Shown piece by piece: positions 28,412 through 36,210 of a stretch of 64,000 nt of DNA; the first letter of the stretch is position 1, and every line of letters starts with the position of its first letter. This DNA comes from Eubacteriales bacterium (GTDB lineage: Bacteria > Bacillota > Clostridia > Oscillospirales > CAG-272). The notes under the pieces were generated by a model. That model saw only the letters and a program-made list of their open reading frames with translations, was not told the origin of the DNA and made no database searches. The position numbers and the translations under genes are program-made. Location: the NCBI GenBank assembly GCA_045544195.1, contig JAZPYO010000034.1:146881-210880 (forward strand), written 5' to 3'.

Positions 28412-29796
28412 AATTCAAAATACTCACGCATAATTGCGCACTCGGGTATTTCATCAAGAGAAAAACCAAGCGATGATTTTAACTCAGCTATCGCTTCCGT
28501 TCTGGATAAATGATTGCTTCGGCTCGCAATCGCAATTTCAAGAGCGCTGAACGGAATCATCGTACTTCTCATATAATAAAATCTTGTAAATTGCGAATGC
28601 TCCTTGCATTTTTCAATTTTACAGCTTGTATGTAATCCTTTATCAAGTTCTTCGGGAGCTACCCAACCGCATTCACGAATGATGGTTTCCTTTATTCTTC
28701 TCCACTCATAAACACCGCCGCATATTTCATTAAAATCCACTTGAATAAATGCGGGAATATTGCCTGACCAAGAGGACGAACGGATCGCCCTTTTCAGCGG
28801 TTTCAGGATGTTTGGAGCTTCTTTGATCGCTTCGCAGATGTTATAGACGAGTTGGTTGGAATAGCCTGCCAAATTCTTAATCCTGCTATCACCGTATGCA
28901 AGCTGCTTCATTGTGGCAAGGGTGTGGAATTGCCCCTTTCTCAACGGTGGGTGAAGTGTTAAAAGCCTACCGCAGTTCAGAAAGAAATTCAGTACTTTGT
29001 TTTGCGGAAACGTGTAAGCGATTGAAGGTGCCATATGATTAAAATATAATCCTAACATCTGTGCCGGCTCGTTTCCAGCCACAAAATACGGTACTTTGTT
29101 TGCAACAAGCTCGGGATAAAACAAAACGTATGCAAGAGAGGGACAGGCACAGGTATTTTCGCTCAAGGAGTATAACTTTTTATATATCTTTCTTAAATCG
29201 TCATTTGAAATTTTTCGACTGATAAATTCAACCGAATCAAGCGATCGTTTCGCATTTTCAATGCTTTTCTTCGCACATTCGGACATATAGGGAATTTCCC
29301 AGGTAAGTGCTAACACACGCAGCTTTAAGATCTTGGACAAATAGTACAGTAAGTATGTAGAGTCCTTACCGCCTGTGTAAAACACGGCGACGTCAAAGCG
29401 TGACTTCTTTGATCTCGGGAACGTATTCATGATCGGAACGATGCTTTTCAGATTTTTTGTCTTTTCTGCGGATTGACAGATCGGACATCTGCCGTCAGAA
29501 TCAAATTCTATCCCCGGGATCATAAAATCATTTGCTACACAGGTTGTGCAAAATGTTGCATCGTCAAAACTCGAAGGAATTGCTCTTTTACTTGAGGATT
29601 TCACGATCTGCGCACCGACGAGATTTTTAAGTATGTTCATTTCATCATCTGACAGATCACAGGGCAGCTTTTCAATGATCGATTTTTCTTTTTTGGAAAG
29701 CTTAACGGTATTTTTGAACATATTGGGCTGATTTCTTAAGCCGTAATATCTCAAAACATTGTCTTCAAGCTTCCATCTGCTTTGAATATCGTACAT
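28408..29796 (-). CDS. PP-loop (adenine nucleotide alpha-hydrolase) protein with Zn-ribbon, N-acetyl-sugar-amidotransferase-like
   Basis: 462 aa. CTTCVANDFMIPGIEFDSDGRCPIC is followed by the PP-loop VAVFYTGGKDSTY, the layout known from the WbpG/PseA-type amidotransferase family. An extra N-terminal extension of about 80 aa is present. Confidence 0.6.
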   Translation of the reverse strand: MYDIQSRWKLEDNVLRYYGLRNQPNMFKNTVKLSKKEKSIIEKLPCDLSDDEMNILKNLVGAQIVKSSSKRAIPSSFDDATFCTTCVANDFMIPGIEFDSDGRCPICQSAEKTKNLKSIVPIMNTFPRSKKSRFDVAVFYTGGKDSTYLLYYLSKILKLRVLALTWEIPYMSECAKKSIENAKRSLDSVEFISRKISNDDLRKIYKKLYSLSENTCACPSLAYVLFYPELVANKVPYFVAGNEPAQMLGLYFNHMAPSIAYTFPQNKVLNFFLNCGRLLTLHPPLRKGQFHTLATMKQLAYGDSRIKNLAGYSNQLVYNICEAIKEAPNILKPLKRAIRSSSWSGNIPAFIQVDFNEICGGVYEWRRIKETIIRECGWVAPEELDKGLHTSCKIEKCKEHSQFTRFYYMRSTMIPFSALEIAIASRSNHLSRTEAIAELKSSLGFSLDEIPECAIMREYFEL

Positions 29797-29891
29797 AGCA
29801 ACTTCTTTCTTATTCGATATGTTATACCAAACTGATGTAAATTGAAGTTTCGAGTTTCGCTCAAAATCACTTTTGCCTTTTTTGATGATTT

Positions 29892-30096
29892 GACACTCCG
29901 TGTCATGAATTGATGCTATCGCATCATGATTTCTCGTCGGCGTTCCGCCTCCTCCATGAATTGAATTGCGCGTACAACCTTATGCGCCCGCAGGCGCAAT
30001 TCATGGCGAAGCCAATTCACGAGTGCAACGCACTCAATTCACGCGCTCGCGCAATTCATTGTCGAGTCGTCGTGTGAGACACACGACGGACTCGAC
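29892..30096. repeat. composite hairpin array B: CATGAATTG units plus variable stem-loops in an inverted arrangement
   Basis: CATGAATTG at 29904 and 29955, with a degenerate CATGATTTC at 29924. Reverse-complement units: CAATTCATG at 29997, CAATTCAC at 30013 and 30035, and CAATTCATT at 30052. Short GC-rich hairpins lie between units. A terminal 16-bp hairpin spans 30061-30096. Confidence 0.8.
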
Positions 30097-31410
30097 GTGT
30101 TGTGTTCTTGGAAACATATTAACGGGATATAAGGTATCAGTTGTATAACCGCTTTGTGAAAAAATTACCATATCACGTATGAGTGTATCGGGATCGCACG
30201 ATATATATATAACTTTTTTCGGCAATGCAGACACTATATAATCTATAACATCAGTTGAAAGTCCTTTTCTCGGCGGATCTACTATTATACATTCGGCTTT
30301 TGATGTGATCTTTGATATTTCGGATGCATCACCTGCATAAAAGGCGCAATTTTCAAGATGATTCAACTCGGCATTTATTTTTGCATCCTCAACAGCTTGC
30401 GGAACTATCTCAACGCCTATCAGTCTTTGGGCATCAGATGCAATACAAATTCCCACCGTACCGATTCCGCAATACAGATCTATCACATCTCCGCTGATAC
30501 TGCCCATAAGATCTTTTGCTTTGTTGTATAATAATTCCGCGCCATTTCTGTTTACCTGGTAAAATGACAAAGGCGATATACGAAAGCGTTTGCCGCACAA
30601 TATATCCTCAATATATCCGCTTCCGAATATAGTTTTTGTGTTTTGTGATAAAACAACGTTTGTGTTTTCGGTATTGAAATTCAGGCAGATCGTTGCTATA
30701 TTTGGAAATTCAGATGTTATATATTTTACAAGCCGATCTTCATTCGGAATGCCTGTGCCGTTAACAACAAGACAAAGCATGATCTGCCCGCTTTGCTCTC
30801 CGTAACGCAGATAAATGTGCCTTAACAGTCCTTTTTGAGTAATTTCATTATAAACTGTATATTTTTCTTTTTCAAAATACTCAGTGAGCCTTTTTACAAT
30901 ATCTGAAAACACTTCAGGGGCGATATAACAAGAATCACACGGAACTACGGTATGAGTATGACTTGCATAAAAGCCCGCACGTATTCTTCCATTTTTATCT
31001 AACACAAGTGGATACTGTGCCTTATTACGATAAGCACAGTCTTCGTTATCAGCACAAAGCACGTTTTCAACCTTAATGTCCTTTAATCCCGCCTTTATTG
31101 CGGAATTCTTAATATAATCGCGCTTTAACTCATTTTCATATTCAAGACTGATATTGTGAAATACGCACCCTCCGCACTGCTTATACTGACACTTCGGAGC
31201 AATTCTGTATTTTGATGGTGCATATATCTCCTCGCACATAGCAACTGCATAGCTTTTGAGAATCTTTATCAGCTTGATGCGGCATAGATCCCCCTTAACA
31301 CCGCCGTTCACAAAAACAACTTGACCGTTTATTCTGCATACGCCGTAGCCCAAATTATTTGTATCTGTTATTTCAACATCATATTTTTGATTTTTTTGCA
31401 AATTTCCCAT
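30034..31410 (-). CDS. rlmD: 23S rRNA (uracil-C5)-methyltransferase, RlmD/RumA family
   Basis: 458 aa. TRAM-type N-terminus, an Fe-S Cys cluster (CQYKQCGGCVFH), a SAM motif (DLYCGIGT), and the conserved end FPRTQHVESVVCL. The last 12 or so codons read into hairpin array B. Confidence 0.85.
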   Translation of the reverse strand: MGNLQKNQKYDVEITDTNNLGYGVCRINGQVVFVNGGVKGDLCRIKLIKILKSYAVAMCEEIYAPSKYRIAPKCQYKQCGGCVFHNISLEYENELKRDYIKNSAIKAGLKDIKVENVLCADNEDCAYRNKAQYPLVLDKNGRIRAGFYASHTHTVVPCDSCYIAPEVFSDIVKRLTEYFEKEKYTVYNEITQKGLLRHIYLRYGEQSGQIMLCLVVNGTGIPNEDRLVKYITSEFPNIATICLNFNTENTNVVLSQNTKTIFGSGYIEDILCGKRFRISPLSFYQVNRNGAELLYNKAKDLMGSISGDVIDLYCGIGTVGICIASDAQRLIGVEIVPQAVEDAKINAELNHLENCAFYAGDASEISKITSKAECIIVDPPRKGLSTDVIDYIVSALPKKVIYISCDPDTLIRDMVIFSQSGYTTDTLYPVNMFPRTQHVESVVCLTRRLDNELRERVN

Positions 31411-31468
31411 AACGACCTACTTTGATTTGATAGCTCATTTTACCACACGGGCACAATTTTGTCAACAT

Positions 31469-31702
31469 TCAAAGCTCTATAAACCATGCAGGGTCCTCGA
31501 AAAATAACCTTACCGTTCTTTCCCCTATAACACACAGATAACACAGCCCGCTATCACCCGGATTTTGTCCAAATTCAAAGCCTTTTTTCTCTATACGCTT
31601 TATCCTCAGTGTTCTGCCGTTATACCACTGTATTGATAACGGCTCTATCTGACCGTTTTCATTGAAAAAAGCATTGACGCCAACATATATTTTTTTCGCC
31701 AT
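31469..31702 (-). CDS. small (77 aa) protein of unknown function, predicted SOS-regulated
   Basis: ATG at 31702 with a GAGAGG RBS: MAKKIYVGVNAFFNENGQIEPL... The track start at 31804 would make the ORF read through its own promoter and LexA boxes. Confidence 0.6.
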   Translation of the reverse strand: MAKKIYVGVNAFFNENGQIEPLSIQWYNGRTLRIKRIEKKGFEFGQNPGDSGLCYLCVIGERTVRLFFEDPAWFIEL

Positions 31703-31726
31703 TTTCCTCTCAAATTCCGCAAAAAC

Positions 31727-31740
31727 CGAACATTTGTTCT
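31727..31740 (-). promoter_or_regulatory. LexA (Cheo/SOS) box, near-consensus AGAACAAATGTTCG
   Basis: GAAC-N4-GTTC palindrome 25 nt upstream of the ATG at 31702. Confidence 0.7.
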
Positions 31741-31776
31741 TTTTGCTATTAAAATTTGACATATGTCGGCAAATAC

Positions 31777-31790
31777 CGAACATATGTTCG
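31777..31790 (-). promoter_or_regulatory. LexA (Cheo/SOS) box, perfect consensus CGAACATATGTTCG
   Basis: Exact match to the Firmicute SOS-box consensus CGAAC-N4-GTTCG, 4 nt downstream of the -10 element. Confidence 0.8.
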
Positions 31791-31794
31791 TCTA

Positions 31795-31823
31795 ATGATA
31801 CCATATATATTTTAGTTTGTCAA
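31795..31823 (-). promoter_or_regulatory. sigma-70 promoter TTGACA-17-TATCAT for the small SOS gene
   Basis: On the minus strand, TTGACA lies at 31823-31818, followed by a 17-nt spacer and TATCAT at 31800-31795. Confidence 0.6.
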
Positions 31824-31925
31824 TGATATTTTTATATTTACACATTTTTTTCACTTAAAGCATATAAAACTGTCAAATTTATAGTTTAAAATATATAATA
31901 ATCTGATTTATCGCAAGGAAATATT

Positions 31926-33044
31926 ATGAAATTTATTAAAAAGCCTTACGTTTACTGCATCGTATATACTATTATCATTGCTCTTTTATCTGCATTTGTG
32001 CTTCTGGATACATTTGTCATTCCGAGAAAGTACGATGATGCTGACAGCAAGGACTTTATGACTGCTGACAATACGTTTTCCTTCGGCACATCAAGACCCA
32101 TAGAAGATACGGTCATCGGTGACACCGTTACTCAAACGGAAAGTGATGTCTTTACAAGCGTTGCTCATACAAGCTCTGAAATAAAAACCGATTTTGAAAG
32201 CAATGCAGCGCCTCCCGAAGATACCGACACTGCCGCTTCAGATCAGTCAACAGAGCCTATTGTAACGGCTCCGCCCGAAACAGATCCTCCCGAGCCGCAG
32301 TTCCCTGTTATCAAGGCTGAGACATATCAGGATGACAATATTAAAATTACCTTCCAAACCGTCAGATACTGCGATACCGATGTGCATTTCGCACATGTGG
32401 AAATTTCATCTGCCGAATATTTCAAAACTGCACTTGCTAAGGATTCATTCGGAACGAATATCAGAGAAAAGACATCATCTATGGCAAAGCGTAAAGGTGC
32501 AATTCTTGCAATAAACGGAGATTATTACGGAGCTAACAAAAAAGGCTACGTTATCAAAAACGGTACATTATACCGTGATTCCATACGTTCTGACGATGAA
32601 AGTGACGATCTGATAGTAAAATATGACGGATCATTTGAAATAATAAACGAGAATAACGTTTCTGCTAAGGAGCTTCTTTCTCAGGGTGTATATCAGCTTT
32701 TCGGTTTCGGACCTACTCTTGTATATAACGGCGATATAAAGGTGCGTGCCGGAGATGAAGTATCCGTTGCTACATCCAGCAACCCGAGAACTGCCATAGG
32801 AATAGTAGACAGCCTTCATTACGTTTTTCTCGTTTCAGACGGAAGAACGTCAAACAACAAGGGGCTTTCCCTTCTTCAACTTGCTGAATTTATGCATTCA
32901 CAGGGATGCACAACAGCATATAATCTCGACGGTGGCGGCTCGTCAACTATGTATTTCAACGGAGAGATCGTGAACAATCCGGTAGCATCCGGAAGCAAAA
33001 CTTCAGAAAGATTGGTAAGTGACATTGTTTACATCGGTTACTGA
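31926..33044 (+). CDS. phosphodiester glycosidase family protein (DUF2233/NAGPA-like), membrane-anchored
   Basis: 372 aa. N-terminal TM helix, a T/P/E/D-rich linker, then AINGDYYG ... GPTLVYNG ... NPRTAIG ... SDGR ... AYNLDGGGSSTM. Confidence 0.75.
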   Translation: MKFIKKPYVYCIVYTIIIALLSAFVLLDTFVIPRKYDDADSKDFMTADNTFSFGTSRPIEDTVIGDTVTQTESDVFTSVAHTSSEIKTDFESNAAPPEDTDTAASDQSTEPIVTAPPETDPPEPQFPVIKAETYQDDNIKITFQTVRYCDTDVHFAHVEISSAEYFKTALAKDSFGTNIREKTSSMAKRKGAILAINGDYYGANKKGYVIKNGTLYRDSIRSDDESDDLIVKYDGSFEIINENNVSAKELLSQGVYQLFGFGPTLVYNGDIKVRAGDEVSVATSSNPRTAIGIVDSLHYVFLVSDGRTSNNKGLSLLQLAEFMHSQGCTTAYNLDGGGSSTMYFNGEIVNNPVASGSKTSERLVSDIVYIGY

Positions 33045-33423
33045 TATTAATAAAAGGCGATATTTAAAGACGCTCATAAATTATGTTCTGATATCTGTAT
33101 TATGTATAATATTCAATGCAGTATATACGCATTTCAGCTACGGAATGTTTTCATATCATATGCGTTTTATGTTTTTGTTTCCGCTTATCGGCGGTGCATT
33201 GCTTTGCGCGATCATCCTTTTACTCAAATTATATACAAGGGTAACAAGAGCTTCATTTAATCTCTGGAACAGCGGAATAGCAACATTCGTCGTCGGGTGT
33301 ACCGTTCAAGGAATAATCAATATTTCAGGAAGAAATACTGATTACGGAATGATATACTGGTGCTTAGGTGCTTTACTGCTGCTTTCCGGAATAATCGCAC
33401 TGTTTGTAAAAAAGAATAATTAA
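33019..33423 (+). CDS. small multi-TM membrane protein, unknown function
   Basis: 134-aa hydrophobic ORF. The GTG/TTG start is uncertain and overlaps the previous gene's end. Confidence 0.45.
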   Translation: MTLFTSVTDINKRRYLKTLINYVLISVLCIIFNAVYTHFSYGMFSYHMRFMFLFPLIGGALLCAIILLLKLYTRVTRASFNLWNSGIATFVVGCTVQGIINISGRNTDYGMIYWCLGALLLLSGIIALFVKKNN

Positions 33424-33425
33424 AA

Positions 33426-33484
33426 AATATCTCCCCTTTCACCTGATCTTTGAATATTTCAGATAACTGTAAAGGGGAGATATT
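33426..33484. terminator. bidirectional long-loop hairpin terminator
   Basis: AATATCTCCCCTTT (33426-33439) pairs with AAAGGGGAGATATT (33471-33484). Confidence 0.6.
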
Positions 33485-36182
33485 ATTTATTTTTGATGCG
33501 TTTTTTATTTAAAAACAGTACTTCACATATCTTTTTAAAATGCGGGAGCATATGTGATACCGCGAGTAATATCGGCGGTATAAATGCTGCAAAAAATAGC
33601 GAAAGACTGCTTATACCGAATGATAAAAACGAGGAAATGCCCGGTATTAATATTGAGATCAGGAAAAGCTCCGTTATTGCCAAAGCAAATAACCACAGCA
33701 ATCTTCCCATACTTTTAAATGCATATTTCTTTCTGTGAGAATGTATAACAAATGCATAAACGAGCTGACACAAAATATACGCCATAAAGAAGCAACCGTC
33801 ACCGTCAGACTGTCCTACGCCGTTTATAAAAATTATGCATCTTGTGACTACAAGCAGCAAGCATCCGTATACAGCAAGCATACCGTCATGAAGTAAAACT
33901 GATGATCTTTTCGATTTAAGCAAGGAAAAGCTGGTATTTTTATTCAAGAGCTTTTCATCGCTCTTGCTTGCGGAAATTGCAAATATTGAACACAAATCTA
34001 CTATAAGACCGGAAAAAATAACTTGCGCAGGCGTAAGAGATACTAAAGGCGTAAAGATCGACAGTAAAACCAGAATAAGCCGTGTAACAGATGATGTAAA
34101 GATATATCTTACGATATTTCCGCAATTATCATAAACAAGGTTAGCTGTTTTTATGGCTTCACACACAGCGTTTATACCGCTTTTTTTATTCTCCGCCGCT
34201 GATTGAATAATAGCATCGGCACGAAGCTTTAACGCCTCATTTCCTGCGGCGGTCTGTGGGGTGGAATATACACCGCTGGTACGTTTTTTGCGTGTAATAC
34301 TCGTTCCCGTTGAAAAGCTGACTACTGAAGAGCCTACCGTAAGAGAAACGTCTGTAAGGGTACTTCCGAGAATTCCTATCTGCTCTCCCGATTTCATCAA
34401 TCTGTCAAGAATATATTTTTTCTGTTTACCGTCAAAGCCCTGAAAAAGTCGGTAATTTTTTAATTTGATATTTTGTAAGTTCAAATTTGAATTCACAAAC
34501 TCATACGAGGTGATCATCTGGCTATGATCCTTAATTATGCCAAGCGCTTTTGCGAGATTTTCATTACGGCGTGATATATCATCGCAAAACAGTAACACCT
34601 TTATACCCGTGTCTGTAAGCATTTTTACTGTTTCGGCACAACCGTCAACTATGGGCTCTCTCATAATCAAAAAGCCTTCAAAGCATAGCTCGCTTTGTGC
34701 ATATACGATCTTTTTAAGATCGCCGTAAATAGTTTGTTTGCTCGCTATTGCTACTACCTTGTATCCTTGTTTTTCATATTCCTCAGCCTTAAGGACATAA
34801 TCGTATGCAATTTCGCTTTCAAGCTCTGTCTGTCCACTTGCATATCTGCGTTTAGTGCAGCGTCCAAGCACCTCTTCAACACCGCCGCGTAAAACGATCA
34901 TAAGACCGTCAGACCCTAAAGTTAACGCTGTGTCAAGCGGAGAAAACTCACCTAACGGTAAAAAATCAATGACACTGTAATCGCGTTCACTTGATCTGTA
35001 GCATTCTGAAATAGCTTTTTCTTCCGACGAAAGCTCTTTTTTTCTTTCAACTGTTAATGAAGCGATCTGGCACAGATATTTCGTTTTTGAAAGCTCCTGT
35101 TTGCCGCTGTATTCTCTGCCGTTTACAAATATCTTTTCAAGAGCCATTTTTTCTTCGCAGACACCCGATGTTTTCGGAATAGCAAGACACGTCAGCTTGT
35201 TCATTCTGTCTATCGAAGAAATATTTTTGAATATAACATCCTCGTTATAATCGCTTTTTTTATCGGGTGAGAAAAATATCCCGTATGCAACGGATATGTA
35301 AGCAAAGGCTATGAAAAATTCACTCATTGATGATGCGGCAAGCGCCAAAGACAAAACAAATCCGTCGGTCATTTGCTCACTCATTCCAAAGCACAATACA
35401 CAACACAGCGATATAATAAACACAAGCACAAGCATTGCAGAGCCGACAGTATGCGATAGCTTATTTGCCATATGCAATATTTCAAGATTATCAGCAGATG
35501 CGGGCTTGTTTGTAAGATTTCGCCTGCGAGCAACAGTGTTTTCTCCCGTTTCGCATGCCACCATTACTGCCTCGCCTTTAAAAATAATGCTTGCAGCAAA
35601 CAGCATATTTTTTTGATAATTCACGGGTAACGACGGATCGTAAGAAATAAATTCCTCGTCCTTTTCTCCGTTTCCTCCGCTTATATTCATCTCAAGAACC
35701 TTGAAATTGTCGAGGTGCAAAATTCTTCCGTCGCACGGAACTATGTCGCCCTCTCTCAAAAGAACGATATCACCGGGTACTATCGCCTTTTGATTGATAC
35801 GATATATCTTGCCGTCGCGGATAACTCTGTTTTCAGGGTCAGCATATTTCTCGCTTTGAAGTATTATCATTTTCGATTTTCTGTATGCGATCGCAACGGC
35901 AATATAATTTATTGCCGCAACGGCACATATAAAAAATGCACTGATGTCTTTTGAAACGAAATAGTATATTATGCTGACTAAAACAAGAAGAACAGTAACG
36001 CTTCCGAGCTTTGTTTTTTCTTTGCTTTTCTTGTCAGAGGCGGCGCGTGGGAATAACTCATTATAACGGTACTTTTTTAACCTGTTCTTCGCCTCTTTAG
36101 ACGAAAGACCGTTTTCAAGATCTGTTTTAAGCATCGTCTCAAGCTGGTTGAAATTATATTTATACCAACGCTCGTTATTCAT
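33483..36182 (-). CDS. P-type ATPase homolog with degenerate catalytic motifs (probable pseudo-enzyme)
   Basis: 899 aa. Cation_ATPase_N-like start (GLSSKEAKNRLKKYRYNEL) and an actuator segment IVPGDIVLLREGDIVPCDGRIL. However, TGES is replaced by SGGNGE, DKTGT by PKTSG (35163-35177), TGD by FCDD, and GDGVND by GSTLTD. Confidence 0.8.
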   Translation of the reverse strand: MNNERWYKYNFNQLETMLKTDLENGLSSKEAKNRLKKYRYNELFPRAASDKKSKEKTKLGSVTVLLVLVSIIYYFVSKDISAFFICAVAAINYIAVAIAYRKSKMIILQSEKYADPENRVIRDGKIYRINQKAIVPGDIVLLREGDIVPCDGRILHLDNFKVLEMNISGGNGEKDEEFISYDPSLPVNYQKNMLFAASIIFKGEAVMVACETGENTVARRRNLTNKPASADNLEILHMANKLSHTVGSAMLVLVFIISLCCVLCFGMSEQMTDGFVLSLALAASSMSEFFIAFAYISVAYGIFFSPDKKSDYNEDVIFKNISSIDRMNKLTCLAIPKTSGVCEEKMALEKIFVNGREYSGKQELSKTKYLCQIASLTVERKKELSSEEKAISECYRSSERDYSVIDFLPLGEFSPLDTALTLGSDGLMIVLRGGVEEVLGRCTKRRYASGQTELESEIAYDYVLKAEEYEKQGYKVVAIASKQTIYGDLKKIVYAQSELCFEGFLIMREPIVDGCAETVKMLTDTGIKVLLFCDDISRRNENLAKALGIIKDHSQMITSYEFVNSNLNLQNIKLKNYRLFQGFDGKQKKYILDRLMKSGEQIGILGSTLTDVSLTVGSSVVSFSTGTSITRKKRTSGVYSTPQTAAGNEALKLRADAIIQSAAENKKSGINAVCEAIKTANLVYDNCGNIVRYIFTSSVTRLILVLLSIFTPLVSLTPAQVIFSGLIVDLCSIFAISASKSDEKLLNKNTSFSLLKSKRSSVLLHDGMLAVYGCLLLVVTRCIIFINGVGQSDGDGCFFMAYILCQLVYAFVIHSHRKKYAFKSMGRLLWLFALAITELFLISILIPGISSFLSFGISSLSLFFAAFIPPILLAVSHMLPHFKKICEVLFLNKKRIKNK

Positions 36183-36210
36183 ATTGCCGCCTCCTTTCGT
36201 TCTTTTTTCT

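Noticed and set aside
29966-30148. 60-aa Arg-rich plus-strand ORF
   Set aside because: It lies entirely within hairpin array B and the rlmD 3' end. Its composition is an artefact of the GC-rich palindromes.
31703-31804. N-terminal extension of ORF 31469..31804 (111 aa in the track)
   Set aside because: The extension would be translated across its own -10 element and both LexA boxes. The internal ATG at 31702 has an RBS.
33483-36182. Annotating the 899-aa protein as a functional Ca2+/Mg2+-transporting ATPase
   Set aside because: The phospho-acceptor Asp and the TGES, TGD and GDGVND motifs are all substituted. I therefore call it a degenerate homolog instead.
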